A DNA stretch of 64,000 nucleotides from Mytilus edulis (GCF_963676685.1 NC_092346.1:18848001-18912000), one strand, 5' to 3'. Counted from the first letter of the stretch, positions 15,015 through 28,924 are shown. A program made the numbers and translations. Notes: a model not told the origin generated them from the letters alone.

Positions 15015-17313
15015 AATTATTTTTTATTTTTATAAATAACCGTTCTTTAACTCCTTTCAGTTTTCCCATTTTTGAAGTATTACACGCCTTTTATATTAAT
15101 CATTATGAATCTGTTCCCACGCAGTGTAAAATATGGGACATATTGTAGTTAATCATGCAGTTTAAAAAAAAAAGAAGGAGAAATCGTCAAGATACATGTA
15201 CCAACACCTATATAATTATCATGTCTTAATTTTCGGATCTGAAAAATCCTTTTCGATTTTTAAACTACAAAGTTTTTGAATGAAATTTGTATTTTCTAAT
15301 TTGTCAATAGCGGTATAGATTACTGTTCTGAACTTGGAATAAAACCTGTTCAGAAACACGTCCATTGATTTTCAATTTAATGTTCCATATTTTGAACCCT
15401 TCACAAATTAAAAGTAATGCGACAGCATTTCATATGAATTTCGCAATCAGTTAGTATGATGAAGAGTATAGGAAACAATTCAGTATGAAAATATAATAAC
15501 AGGAGAAGTAAGAATGACCTTTTCCCGCATGTATATCTTTTCCCTCTTTTTAACTTTTAATATAAGGGAACACCTGACCAAAATTTCAACAACAAAAACG
15601 TGACTGATGCAACCAAACTGTCAAAGTGTTTTATCATATACCTTTATATGGCTAATGTATAAAAGAGAAATGGAAGGCCGGAAGTTTTGATAGTTGATTC
15701 TGATATTGGTACTACTTTTCTTTTACTTTTGAAAATTTTGTAAAGACATTTTGCAAATTATATGCAGTATAGAATTTTTCAACCACCCCCACTGAAACTT
15801 CTTTTTGTGCTCCTTCATTTTCTCATGAACGTATTTCGTTTTGTGTTTTTCTGTATACAGCCCAATTTTTTATTATATGACGAGAAAAAAGCAAGATACA
15901 ATTGTAATTTGATTTCATTCTATAAAATTGAAACAATTTAGATCTTGAAACTTGCAAACTTCGGCATCATGAATAAAAACAATAATTTAGTATCAGACTA
16001 TTTTGATCATACATGTTGTCTGTCCTTTGGATGGTTTGTTGTCTCTTTGACATATTCCCCATTTCAATTCTCAATTTAAGATTTTATATTTTTATTTTTT
16101 GGCTAGCATTATGTCCTTTTGAACGTTGTCATGATTTGGACCCCGTGAGATTATCTTGCATTTATTTATCAGATACAATGACCATTAGTTGTAAAATGTC
16201 AATAAATTTTATGTTATCTTATTAGTGACGGGCACAACTATAAATAACAGAAATTGTAGTAATCTGTGAAAAGGATTGGGTCCAGATTTGTCCCTATCTA
16301 AAACATGTACGAGACCGGAATGGTCCTGGTAAACATGCTGTATCTACATACGCGACGATAAGAAAGACACGATGAAATAGAATCAAAATAAGACTTAATG
16401 TGGCATAAACATCAATGAGTCGGCAACCCAACGACAAAAATCCATATCACATCAAGTCTTGTGTTATATATTTTTCTTCCATTACTTTTTAAAAATTAGT
16501 CTTGTTAAATGATCATGCATTTCAGCACATGCCATTTTCTGCGGTATATTTAGTAAGTGTGTAATGTTTTATTTTTATTCTTACGTCTTTGACTTATTTT
16601 TGTCGTTGGTTATGACGTGTTAAATTATTGTATGTCATTTCTTAGTTCATTTTCTTTGATGTACACGTATGTGTGTCTCTTTTTTTTTATGATTCGTGTT
16701 AATTTAGAATATTGCTCTCAGTTGTAACTAAATTTCATATGTACCCGGTCAAGTTCAGACAACTCTTTTACTAAAGCAGCATTCAATACACAGCAGCCAG
16801 CGACGTCCAATTTTGCATTTCACTTTTAAAATAATATAATAAATCTTCAGACATATTAAACAATAAAAAACTATGTTGCATTGTTCTTGAATGTGTCAAA
16901 AGCTTGTTTATTGTAGGGACATTTTGTCATGATTCAATTCACCTTAGTCCTTTTTTTCAAGTAAAACAGGTCTCATAAGATGTTGTACAACCAGCCTATG
17001 ATGTTAATGGCAAGGTAAAACATATCTGCTGCTACGCAGGCATTGCCAAATCATAACCAGGTAAATATACCATGACCAAAAACAAGACAGAATTGGTAAT
17101 ACTGTCAGCTGATATTGAAATTTCATGTAAACCAGAGATAGGACGAATGAAGACCCGAAATCCTTGTTTATTTTACCAATATTCTCCCTGAATCATGAAA
17201 CAGAGGCTCACGATACAAGCGGACCATTACCTCAGCATTGAAGACATTTTTGTAAGATCGAGAACAGTCACAACTTTTTTCTTAGAGAACGTTTTATTTC
17301 AATATTTACATGT

Positions 17314-17352
<39 letters not shown>

Positions 17353-19769
17353 GTGAATGATAATGGTAGTATTGAGAATACGTATATGAGAGGAAGAAAA
17401 TAATCGACAATACCACCAACAAAAACCTCCAGATTAAAAAAAAAAAAAAAAAAGAAATACACATTGCAAATCTATACCAAATACAATGTAGGACGAAAAC
17501 CTTAACAACGTGCTAACTTCAAATTATAGAAAATCAAAAGACAGAAAAAAAATGAGTTAGTCTCATGAAGCCGTAATAGTTTTTCTGACTTGTTGAAGAC
17601 CGCCTGTTGACATGTAGATCTCTTGTTTTATGGGTTGTTGGGTTGCTACATCATCTGTGTATACCTAGCGTACGTCAAATCATGTTGGAAGATTTATTTT
17701 TGTAAGTGTATACTGTTACAATTCAATTATGAACTGTCATACAAGGAGGGAAATACCAATGACAACCTATCTATCAAATTACTTATGAATATATATAGAA
17801 AATTTTAATTTACGTTTAATATGGTAAATAATCGTTTATAAAATTGATATTTTTAAAATACAAAAGTTTTGTGAATTAAGCCTTATAAATCCATATTTTG
17901 AAATTTGAGAGAATAAATTTTCAGTTTAAATAATATCTTAATTTTTGAAAAATGCATGAAACTGAAATTGTTTTCATTTATGTAATCACTTCGAGATTTT
18001 TGTTTTTATTTGCTGTTGAAAAAGTAGTGATGATTATAAACTCATTTTCTTGCTAGTAGACCTAGTTTAAAATTAAATTATTATATGAAATAAAATATAA
18101 ATTATTATATACAGTAAAAATTAAAAAATATATTAGAATATTTACAAAATTCATTTTATACAAAATTGATTTTTATCACTGGTCCATAATTGAATTAATA
18201 ATCGAACTTCCTAATAAAATAAATTTGTCAAAGAATTTTGTTTCTATAAAAATAAAAAGTCCCTTCTCACTAAAGCAGGATAGGAGCTAAAATTTCCTGT
18301 AACATTATATCAAAATAAAACATGTTTAGATTTTTATAAATATTTCTTTAAGAAATTTTATGTCACAGAAAAAAATCGGTTTATCATCGTGGTTAAAGTT
18401 TAAATTTTAATATAAACATCGTGAAATTAGAGAATTATTTTATTGTCAAATAAATGATTAAATTTCCAATGTCATTTAAAAGAAGAATGATAGTTTTGAC
18501 AACATTAAAGTATAACACATACAAAAACTTTCACCTGATCACACCTCATTTAATACTTTCAACACCTGTAAAAATCTAAGTAAAGACCGAAAATCCGCCC
18601 ATAGTGCCCTGAAGTTAGTTTTTTCTATGTATACCTCTACAGTTTGACCAGGTGTACGGCAACTTAAGTAATTTTAAAGTAAACAGTACATTAAAACAGC
18701 TTTAAACTAATGGTAAAGGCCCTATGTTCCGATGCAGATGTGAGAAAATATTTATCTAATTGGAAAGAAATTTCTTGTATTGTCGAAAATTCAAAACATA
18801 TCAAATACCTTTTTCCGAATGGAAACAGAAGTATGACAGAGTTTGCTTTTTCTTAAGTGGAAGATGTTGAATAAGACGAAAATATTTTCCCGTTTTTTAA
18901 CAACAAAATGATTAAATTTAAAACTTGTGGCAGGTACGTGAATTAATGACGAAACTCCTATCTCCTTCTAACGGAGATAAAATATCAAACGTCTTAGTGT
19001 GCGTAGCAACGATATCCCGCTAGTCGCCAGTAACTGATATTACGGACGGGTACATGACAAATCGTAGCGTGGATAGATAGGCCTTGGACATAGCTTGGAT
19101 TCACGCAAAGTGGCGCCATTCTGTGAAGTTTTTCGTTGGAAAGAAATTGAAATATTTCTAAAGTTGTAAAATTTGAAATAATTTGTAAACAGGAAGTTAA
19201 CAGATAAATTCCCAATGATAATTTCCTTTCTATTCAATCTTTTTATCAATAAGCTACGAAATATAATTTCGAATAAAGTTATTATTTATTTTCTTTATCA
19301 AAACGTTTTAATTTCTCTGTAGTCTTCAAGAAATTTTTCCATATCTTCCCAACTTGATATATATAATATATATAAGAGTGTGTTTCAAATAAATAAATAG
19401 CAATCAAGTTTCAATAATATATTTCAACATCTACATGAACATATCTTTTTCTACATTTAATAATTTTACAAAATAACTTACGAAACGATATTCTGTGTCA
19501 CTGTTCAATAAATAATATCATTTTCTACATTAATAAAAATATCACTTTTCCATCAAATAGTTATTTATAGTTAAGAGAAAAAGCACTCTATCTCTTTTGT
19601 CTCTGAATAGTTCCTCTACTTCTTAAAGGACAAAAAGCAAAAATATACAAACTTTTGTTCACCGGCGGCTCGCTATGTTCAAGAAAAAACACGAAGCACA
19701 CATCGCTAACGCAGAACACAAATTATTGATAAATCTTTGGTTTACAGCTATAAAATTGAATGTTATTCT

Positions 19770-20948
19770 CTATAAACTACCAACACTATGAGGTGCATAT
19801 GTTTTGTAATAGCCATTATTGTCCGGTCCTGGCATATGTGATAAGTCTTTAGACATTGGCGGTAGCGCCATAGCATGGGGATTGTAACCTCCGTATCCCT
19901 GCATTTCGTACATTTTCATGTCCATTTTGGCACTGTCTGTGATTAAACTATTTATAGAGAACGGATGATTAAATGAGTGAGGATGATTTAAGTGTCCGGC
20001 GGGATGACCAGCGGGATGATTGTACCCCTGCGAAACTATATCATGCTGCATATGTCGAATGTTCGGGGTCATATCGTGGCGTTCATGTTGCTGGATTGGT
20101 GTTGGCGCACTGTGTTCATTACTTAATGGTTCCGATTTAGTTTCGGGAATCTCATGTCCTGACGGCACGTGATTTTGTGGTGGTGGTGGTGGCGGTGATG
20201 GGGAACATCCATCTCTACTGTCGGGTGACTTACAACTATCATCGTCATCTCCGGAACATGACTGCCTCATCATTTCTTTCTTTACACATTTGAAGCGTTT
20301 CTGTCGTCGTAGGTAACATCCATTTTCGAACATATTACCTGAGTCGGGATGAAGAGCCCAGTAGCTGCCTTTTCCAGGACGGTCGGGTGTTCTCGGAACT
20401 TTAACAAAACAGTCATTAAAAGATAAACTATGTCTGATAGAATTCTGCCATCTCTGTTGATTCTGACGGTAAAACGGAAATAAGTCCATAATAAACTGGT
20501 ATATTTCACTAAGCGTACACATTTTGTTCGGTGACTGTTGAATAGCCATAGTGATAAGTGATATGTAAGAATATGGCGGCTTTGCATGTGTATAACTTCT
20601 ACGATACGTTTTGTCCCGTGCCCTGTTAATAGCCTGGGCCCTGTTAAACGATTCCATTCTCATAGGGCTCGACATGCCATTCATTGGTGGTAGACTTCCC
20701 ATTCCGTTAACTGAAGCTATTGAATTCATAGAATTCATACCGGGTGGCATGGATGCTGCATGCATACCCATACCCATGCTGGACATTGCTTGTGGCGGCA
20801 TACCTCCCATGTTCGGAGGAGAATAGTTCATATTGCTCATAGCCATAGATCCCATAGACATTGTCCCATAACTGTTCATATTCGGCATTGATGTCATAGT
20901 ATATCCACTGCTGCAACTGGGGTCGTATGGAGACTTAGTTGACAACAT
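19770..20948 (-). CDS. FoxA: Forkhead box protein A (FoxA/HNF3/fork head), single coding exon, 392 aa from the ATG at 20948 (MLSTKSPYD...)
   Basis: Complete FoxA-type forkhead domain [104 protein letters not shown], Met/Ser/Gly-rich N-terminus, and C-terminal HPFSINSL (eh1-like region II). The ORF track starts at a non-ATG codon at 21026. The start at 20948 is preferred on similarity to invertebrate FoxA N-termini; an upstream in-frame ATG (MYEKQ, 20999) is also possible. Confidence 0.97.
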   Translation of the reverse strand: MLSTKSPYDPSCSSGYTMTSMPNMNSYGTMSMGSMAMSNMNYSPPNMGGMPPQAMSSMGMGMHAASMPPGMNSMNSIASVNGMGSLPPMNGMSSPMRMESFNRAQAINRARDKTYRRSYTHAKPPYSYISLITMAIQQSPNKMCTLSEIYQFIMDLFPFYRQNQQRWQNSIRHSLSFNDCFVKVPRTPDRPGKGSYWALHPDSGNMFENGCYLRRQKRFKCVKKEMMRQSCSGDDDDSCKSPDSRDGCSPSPPPPPPQNHVPSGHEIPETKSEPLSNEHSAPTPIQQHERHDMTPNIRHMQHDIVSQGYNHPAGHPAGHLNHPHSFNHPFSINSLITDSAKMDMKMYEMQGYGGYNPHAMALPPMSKDLSHMPGPDNNGYYKTYAPHSVGSL

Positions 20949-21029
20949 TGTCAAATAGTCTCCCGACTGCGGGCAATCCAAACTTTGTTTCTCGTACATA
21001 ATTACCAACAAATAGTTGTAAAACACTCT

Positions 21030-21185
21030 TGGTTATATCTGTAAACTGAATTGACCCTGGGTAAATATACCTGGTTCTAGTCAAATTTCTACAACGCCCA
21101 CTTATGCAAATTAGTTGATAAGTGTCAACTGTTATAGAGGAACGTTATAAGCCCCGCCCACTTATTGAACTCAATATTGGTTCTT
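21030..21185 (-). promoter_or_regulatory. Putative FoxA proximal promoter
   Basis: Directly upstream of the CDS: forkhead-type GTAAATA (21061-21067), octamer ATGCAAAT (21104-21111), CGCCCACTTAT repeated exactly 60 bp apart (21095-21105, 21155-21165), GC box GCCCCGCCC (21151-21159), GATAA (21117-21121), and CCAAT on the minus strand (21176-21180). Confidence 0.55.
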
Positions 21186-22535
21186 ATCACTCGAAAATGT
21201 CCATCATCTATTTTAGTGGAAAAATATTAACAATGTCTCGCGACCAATCTTTGTTCAGGTAAAGTATTTTTTTGTTTAACCGATGCTAAAAAATAAAATT
21301 CAAAAAGTACTAAAATCGCTTCAAATTTTTTGAATTGTATATTTTCTATGGACAAAAAATTTTAATTAAATATTTGGATTGAGTAAGGTGAATTTACTTA
21401 TTCTTTAATGAATTATTTTTATAAGTAGAATTATAGATTTTAATTGTTACAAAGTTTATTTTAATTGTTGTAAATAGTTTTTTTTTAATATCATGTTAAT
21501 CTATCAGTTTACTCATCGTTTATCAATAAATTGAATGTGATTGTTAAACATTTCAAGTGCTGCACCTGGGATTATGAAGAATTTACCTTTTATGGTTCGG
21601 ACACAAGGGTTTTACAACTTTAACACCTTGATAAAATATTGTATTCATCAATAAAAAAAATCAAATTTGATCATCAGTAAATAATTCAACGATAAGAAAA
21701 ATATAAAAAGTGAATTTTCCCTGACGTTTTCAATAAAACAATGATAAAAATATGATAAGCACAGGTAGGTTTCTTTTGGGCAATTTACGGAAAAAGTATT
21801 AGTTACCGCGCGGGACATAGTTAATGATTTAATTAATTCATTAGTCAATTAACATGTAAAATTTCATCTGTAGGATTTTAATACAGTGTAAAAGAGTAAT
21901 TTAATACACTTTTTTACTCAGTGCAAACGATTTCCGATTAAAAATATAAATGAAGGCCGAGAGCATTATGGTACGGAAAAGGCTTTTATTCTAATCTGAT
22001 CATTTATGAAATATTGTAATCAATTAGAACTTGATGAAACGGTTTCTAGGTAGCCTTGTAGATTGTCCAGGTGCTACGCTCTTATCTTGTCAGTTAAATT
22101 CATTTACATTCCAAATTAAGCAAAAATTATAGGTCTTCCATCATTTTTGATTGTCATAGTTTTCCCAGAAATATTGGTAAATTGTCCTGGAACTAAACTG
22201 ATTTTGTTTAGAGGATTTCATTGCTGAGATTTTCAGAACGAATAAATATGTAAATTGCCAAAGAATGATATAATAAAAAAATACACCGGGTAGTTTAAAA
22301 GGGGGGCAATATATTAATAAGTATATATCTAATATTCCAATCTCCTTAAAGATTATTTCACAATTTAGAAGAAGTTATTTTTTTCTAATATATTCGTAAA
22401 TTTGTCTATTCTTTTTTTTTAAATACGTATTCTTTTTTTTCTTTCTTTTTTCTTAACAGAAATTCAAAAATAACCGGCATTTTTGACCGAAGAAGTATTA
22501 TATTGAAAAAAGTACTAGTACTTCAATGGTTTGGG

Positions 22536-22573
22536 CTGAGACTACTACAACACATGTGTTATAGTAGTCTCAG
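22536..22573. mobile_element. 38-bp palindromic mini-element with a flanking direct repeat
   Basis: CTGAGACTACTACAACACATGTGTTATAGTAGTCTCAG (one mismatched pair), flanked by GTTTGGG at 22529-22535 and 22574-22580. Confidence 0.75.
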
Positions 22574-23559
22574 GTTTGGGGAAACTATATGAAGTCACCA
22601 AGACATATATCTACACACTAGACACAGTCATTTTAATTATTAAAGTTGCTTTGAATTCATTTTCTGAATTTTTTTGCATAAGAATTGCATTCCTTTATAT
22701 AAATTCTATAACTTTAAACAAACAATAAATAAGAACTTGATTTGTCAACAAAGGGGCACAACAAAGTTCCCAGAACCAGTAAAGGTGCCAAATATAAACA
22801 CACACCTGTGTTACAGGTATACACATACCAGTCCTACTTATCTTCACAGTGTTAATTAGTCGGCATCTATAAACTAGTCAATTTCTTTATGAGGGTTGTT
22901 ATAAACCTCCCTTCTTTTATCTTTATTAATCACCACTTATGTGGTAAATTTTCTTTATTTTACAGCAGAAATTAACACACAATGCAATATTCTAAACGAT
23001 GTCCAAACACCGTAAAAATAAACAAAAGCAGACAGCATTTGGGCAATTAGTGCAAAGCAGTATTTATTTATCCTGATAATATAACGTGCTTTTTTAACAA
23101 TTATTATGCATTATTGCTTTTGCATCACTTTTATTATAACTTTTAATCAACAAAAGTACGATCTGATGATTGTGACAAATGCAATTAAGAACTTCAAAGA
23201 GAGATGCCGAAATAGGAGGAATATAGACAGGTAGATTATTGCAACTTCTTCTAGGTACCTCTCTAGAGAGTTTTAATAAATGAAATTTACTTAATATAAA
23301 ATTGTCATGAAGCATATTTCTACAAGTGCCGATAAACCCTTGGGATGGAACAAATGAAACGTATGCCATCGAGCAGACGATAATGAAAAATCACGCCGTT
23401 TACCTGCGGTCCCTGACGTACAGGTAATCTGATTGTAGGACGATGTGATTTTTACACGTCAATGAAGATTCACTGAAATGAATAAATTTCAGAATATGAA
23501 TTCCAGTTATATGTTTTTTTTATTGGTCCCAATCATTAATTTAGTTTGAAAAGGTTTCG

Positions 23560-23825
23560 TAGGCAAACAAATAAAAATCAACTTCTCTTGAAAAAAACAT
23601 GCATGGAACATCTAAGAGAGAGAAAGAAAGAAAGAAAGAGAGAAAGAGAGAAAGTTGTTAACACCACTATAATCATAGTCAAACAGTAAGGTAAACAGTC
23701 ATTCAAACTTGGTAAACATACAGGAAAACAGTTTTCTGAGGCCATCTTGTTTGTATACCTAATATTCGAAACCCTGAGTAAACAAAATGTTAAAAGAGAC
23801 ATTTGTTGACAGCTTGTTTGTTTGT
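23560..23825. promoter_or_regulatory. Homotypic forkhead-site cluster, candidate FoxA enhancer
   Basis: GCAAACA 23563, GTCAAACA 23678, GTAAACA 23691, 23712 and 23778, TGTTTGT 23748 and 23815, TGTTGAC 23804, all within ~260 bp and ~2.7 kb upstream of FoxA. Confidence 0.45.
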
Positions 23826-26039
23826 GTTGTTTTACTCGTAGATATAAAGGGGTTGGCTCTCAACATACATATAAGCTAATATCTTTTTTCTCTGTTTCCA
23901 TTTAAATTCCATTTTCGATATAGAAGATTGCCATCAGAAACAATCCCAGGAACCCTAAAGAATTTACTTTACTTTATCAAAACTTTGGTAGACATGCATC
24001 TCTAGCTGAAAAAGAATACAAAATATACAATCTAACCCAAAGGAATTCTTATTATATACAAAGCAAATGGGACAGTGCCATACGTCATCCTATATTGGCA
24101 CGCATATAGAATTGTTTCCAAAGCCCGGTCCACAGCTCTCCAGTAAAGAGATGTTCAAGTTGTCATTCCACGTGCCATAACTAACATAAAAAGAAACAAA
24201 TGAGTCCCATATTCATTATTTATAAATAAAATTGTTAATTTGAACCTCAACCACGAGTCCCATGTCATCAACTGTTTACTTAGTTTTATATCATCCTTCT
24301 GTGCTGGTGTCAGACACTGGTCCCCTATCCTCAGACACTCAGTTCTGAGATAGAAAAATCTAATTTACTGTTTACCCAAGACTTATGAAGATAGAATGGT
24401 ATTTTGTTCGAATTTTTATACATTCAAATTGCTAATGGGATTCTTGTCAATCTCGTTAACATTATAAAAAAAAGTCTCCGATACATATGTTTGTTGGTGG
24501 AGTATGAATGACACTTTACATCACGTCATGTGATTATGGCATACAAATTGATGTGTCCAAATACCACCCAAATATAACAATAGCAAAGCACACCTGGCCA
24601 AGGACTTTTAACAATGCCCAAAACTTTCAGGTATTCCTTCGTTTCTACAATTCTTGTTATTTTCCATTCCTTTTTTAAATTAAGACGTATCCATGCCAAC
24701 AAATTTGGGTGAAATTACAAAACATAAGCACCTGGGATTGAGCAATAGAGGTCCATAGAACGTTTTAAAGGATAGGTTATGAAGACATGCTTTTCAGTTT
24801 GTGTCGAAATACAAGTTTTATTGTCAAACAGTTTAGATTGCCTAACATGGATTGAAATTTATTGCATGCATTTATTTTTTAAGAAGTCTGTTAAAACATT
24901 ATAGATAGGAAACCGTTATGAAGCTTTGGGCTTGATTTAACACCAAGGACAAAGTGTCAACACTTCACCTTACTTGTGTAACTGTTACATTTTCTGTTAT
25001 AACGGAAGAAAGTAACAATAACGGCTAAGTGTTGTAACACGATTTGTATTGATATATGCAACTGGAAAACAAATGTATGATAAAATAATAAGTTCATAGA
25101 ATTATAACATTCAAACGAGTGTCAGTTTTAATTTGTTATGTCAACTTGCTTTTTAAAAAGGAAGAAAATAAAAGCGATGAAAAGCTAGAAGTTTTTGATA
25201 TTCTTACTATGTATAAAAAAGGTTCCACACTTTATAGCATCTTAGTGGCTAGTACTTGTTCTGTTTGCAAGGAGAACCAAAAAAAAAAAAAAAAAAAAAA
25301 AAAAAAACAATGCACCAGAAGGGACAGGAAACAAGATCCTTTTGTAGTTAAAAATACCCAAATATGAGATATGCTATAAAAACACAGCCCTACATTCTTT
25401 CTGTATTTTCACAAAATGATCGAGACATTAAATTACCCCACAGAATTATTCAATATTTTCATATTTATGACCATGCAAGAGTATAAAATTCTGCCAATAT
25501 CACTATAGATATTGACCAGTAGATTTCAACAAGATAAAATTTAATAAAAATCTCAATATGTGTTATAAAATGATAAACAATAATTAAAAGATAAAAACCT
25601 TCTTAAACGATTAGAGCGAGATACGACATCTGTTACTTAGAATTTAATGGTTGTTAAGTTTTAATTTTATTTTAGTAATTCATAAACATTCACTCAACAT
25701 ATTGCAATGGATTATGATGTTCTTAAATCACATTTCGACAGTTATTGAGTATATGATTTGATTAAGTAAACAATGTCTTGGAAAATAAAATAGTATGCTA
25801 ATTTTGCACGAATGTGGGCGCCCCTTTGTTTTGTTTTTTGCATCACCATCATCATTAACATCAATGCAGAAAGGAAAATTATATATATATCTTTATTCTC
25901 ATAAACCAAAGTACAATGGTACAGAGACATATACAAATAAATTAACATAGTATAAATTTTAAATACAAATGTAAAAACATCAATGCAGAAAGGAAAATTT
26001 TTGTAACAGTTATATCTGATCTAAATATTAAAAAAGAGT

Positions 26040-26052
26040 AATAAATAAAAAA

Positions 26053-26087
<35 letters not shown>

Positions 26088-26089
26088 AA

Positions 26090-26120
<31 letters not shown>

Positions 26121-26128
26121 AAATAAAT
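26040..26128 (+). repeat. (AAAT)n microsatellite
   Basis: Directly visible in the sequence. Confidence 0.95.
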
Positions 26129-26333
26129 ATGTAGATTTTATGAATCAAAATTGATGATAATGATTATGATATTCTTAAGCTACAAAATTGAAGAATTTAT
26201 ATGTGTTATCAAGTCTCTTTCCGTTATCCGAATAAATAGAATTGAACTTGATCAAATACTAAACAGTGAAGAGTTGTAAAAAATCAGATTTCGAACATTC
26301 TTATTTACATTGCTCCCACTATTTCAACATCGT

Positions 26334-26413
26334 CTGCGTTCGAATGTTTGCTGTGTATTTCATATGATTTGTAACTGCGTTCGAATGTTTGCAGTGTATT
26401 TCATATGGTTTGT
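26334..26413 (+). repeat. 41-bp tandem duplication
   Basis: CTGCGTTCGAATGTTTGC(T/A)GTGTATTTCATATG twice. Confidence 0.9.
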
Positions 26414-28447
26414 TTATGTTGATATTTCATTGTTCTTTTCATATGTTGCATCTCCAGAAACGAGCAAAGCCACGATTCAGGCCTAACCAGGGAGCAGTTA
26501 TTGTTATTATAGTTTAATACTTAAACATTATGCTTGTTTAAACTTAATTGATCACAACAAAAGACAGAAAGAGAACAAAATAAACAACTATATGCTGACT
26601 GTCAATGTAAACATCCTCACTGATTTAGTTATAGAAATGTCTAAAATGTTAAACAATAAAATCAATTTGAGGTTACAGTGTCAGCTTAACTGTACCGTGT
26701 GTACCCAATAAAGGGAACAATGGGGCTATTACAAGCCACTTTACTCGTCCATTTATACCGTGTTAAAATATTATAGGTACTGACACTACAGGACAATAGA
26801 TTTAATACCTTAGGGTCTCAAAGTTTATCTTAGGTGGTATGAAGTAACGGATTATATATAAAAAATAAAATTGGAGAAGTTTTAGAGCACCATTGACGAA
26901 TTTTGACATCTTGATCGCAAGCTGACACGTGCTAAGTGTGGACAAATCCCTTCCGCGTAGCCTTTCCATTTTATATTTTATTTTCAAAACAGGAAATCTT
27001 TTCAAAATTTCAATTAACAAGCACCAAAGATATATATTACCATTTTGTTATTGTACTTTTCTGCAGGCACCTAAACGTTTTTATTTTAATAACCATATAT
27101 GCTTTTGATAAATGTATTGCATATTTCTGTAACAAAATATATTAAATTTAATTAAAAATACACGTGAAATTAATCGGCTCCAATTAGAACTGGGGACAGA
27201 AACAGCTGAATTTGCGATTGTTTTTTTCTCTTCATTTCTATGTATTTATACAATAATTCATGTTTGTTTTGTGTTGAATTAATAATTTGTTTCGAACATT
27301 CAACGTGTTTAAATGACAATAAAGATATTTAATATTGATTTGTTATAAATGACATACACAAATTAAAAAATGAAAGTGTAACTATATACCCTTGTCCGAC
27401 AAACATTAGATCATATTGTACAATTTATATCTAAAAAAAACTTGATAAATGATGAATAACAGTTGAACGCGAAAAACAGAAAGAATTTAACAAAATGCCA
27501 TGCATCTCTTACAATAAGCGCAATGCTTAAGTTATTAAAAATGTATATATGTAAAAATTGGATTGAAACATGATTTATTGGTTATATATATATATAGAGC
27601 AAATCAATTGTTTCTGGTTATGGACTTAATCAAGCACCCATTTTTTTAAAAGAAGACCATAACTTGACATGGGCCAAAAAAGCATGCACCAATACACAGC
27701 AGTTACTTTACTACTACAACATTTTTTAGCACGGCGTCACCAACGAGTTTTTACATCGAAATTACCAACACGAAGGGTACCACAAGTTGGACAAGATAGC
27801 TTACTCTTCAAGCGTACATGAAGTTCTTGACGATTATTGATTAGAGAGAGGTTAAAGAATTCAAAATAACATTTTATAAGTGCTATCCGTCCGAAGCACT
27901 TTTGATCTTCAACCTATATTGAAACGCTTAAAGCAAAACAAAGAACGAAAGCCAAGGATTTATAAGTACCGAAACTTGTGCAGACCTTTAAGGAAGCTAA
28001 AAATACAACCCAAATTCATTTTAGGTCAACTTTACAAGATTGATATGGATCCTGTTTCTTAATTATTTCATTTTCTTAAACAGACAATTTAAAAAAGGGT
28101 TATTTATAAATGTCACGGCAGTACCGAAGCACTTACTACATAATGCTGATGATACAGTTCGCCATACTTATTTATTTTTGTGTGTTCTACCTGCACTGCA
28201 TGTTTTTTTGGTATGTTTTGTTTGTACTGGTTTTTTTGTGTGTTTTGTTTGCACTGTTTTTTGTGTGTGTTCTGTTTGCACTGTCTTTCTTTTCATTGGC
28301 ACTGATATTGTCCATCTTTCTTGCATTACAGTTTTTTTTTTTTATCATAAGTATCTGTGAACTTTTTGTAAGTACATTATTATAGATGAGCGTTCCATAT
28401 TGTTTATTGTATGTATTCTGAAAGGATGTACAAGTAAATACGTCCTT

Positions 28448-28924
28448 AACAAGTGAAACTGCGAGCTACTGCTCACTGATGATACCCCGCCCACATATTT
28501 CAGTAAACAGGAAGTTGTTAAGTGATGAATCTGAAAACTAATCACACGGCACAACTGACTTATATAAACCCTGAAACCAAATTTCAAATGAACTCTGAAA
28601 CCAAATTTCAGAAATCCTTGTATTGTAATTCCTGAGAAAAACGTGACGAAATTTTCAACTTGGCTATCATGTGTAAAATGAACAAGTGTTCTGTAAACAG
28701 AAAGTTGTTGAGTGATGAATCTAAAAACGCATCACACGGTATAGCTGACTTATATTAACCATGCATGAAACCAAATTTCAGAAATCCTTGTAATGCAGTT
28801 GCTGAGAAAGATGCGACGGAAATATTCATGGGACGGACGGACGGTCCAACAGACCGACTGACGGATGGACTGACGGATAGACTGAGGTCAAACAGTATAT
28901 CCCCACTTTTTTAAGCGGGGGTAT
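28448..28924 (+). mobile_element. Helentron-associated (DINE-1/HINE-type) non-autonomous element
   Basis: AACAAG start, two ~190-bp internal repeats (28503, 28693), (GGAC/TGAC)n microsatellite, 3' hairpin ATCCCCAC...GCGGGGGTAT. Confidence 0.7.

Noticed and set aside
20282-20916. Overlapping ORFs within FoxA (20282-20587, 20611-20826, 20707-20916)
   Set aside because: Shadow frames of a GC-richer coding sequence with no recognisable domains.
20949-21026. 26-aa N-terminal extension of FoxA in the ORF track
   Set aside because: It begins at a non-ATG codon and does not resemble FoxA N-termini; probably 5' UTR, although the in-frame ATG at 20999 cannot be excluded.
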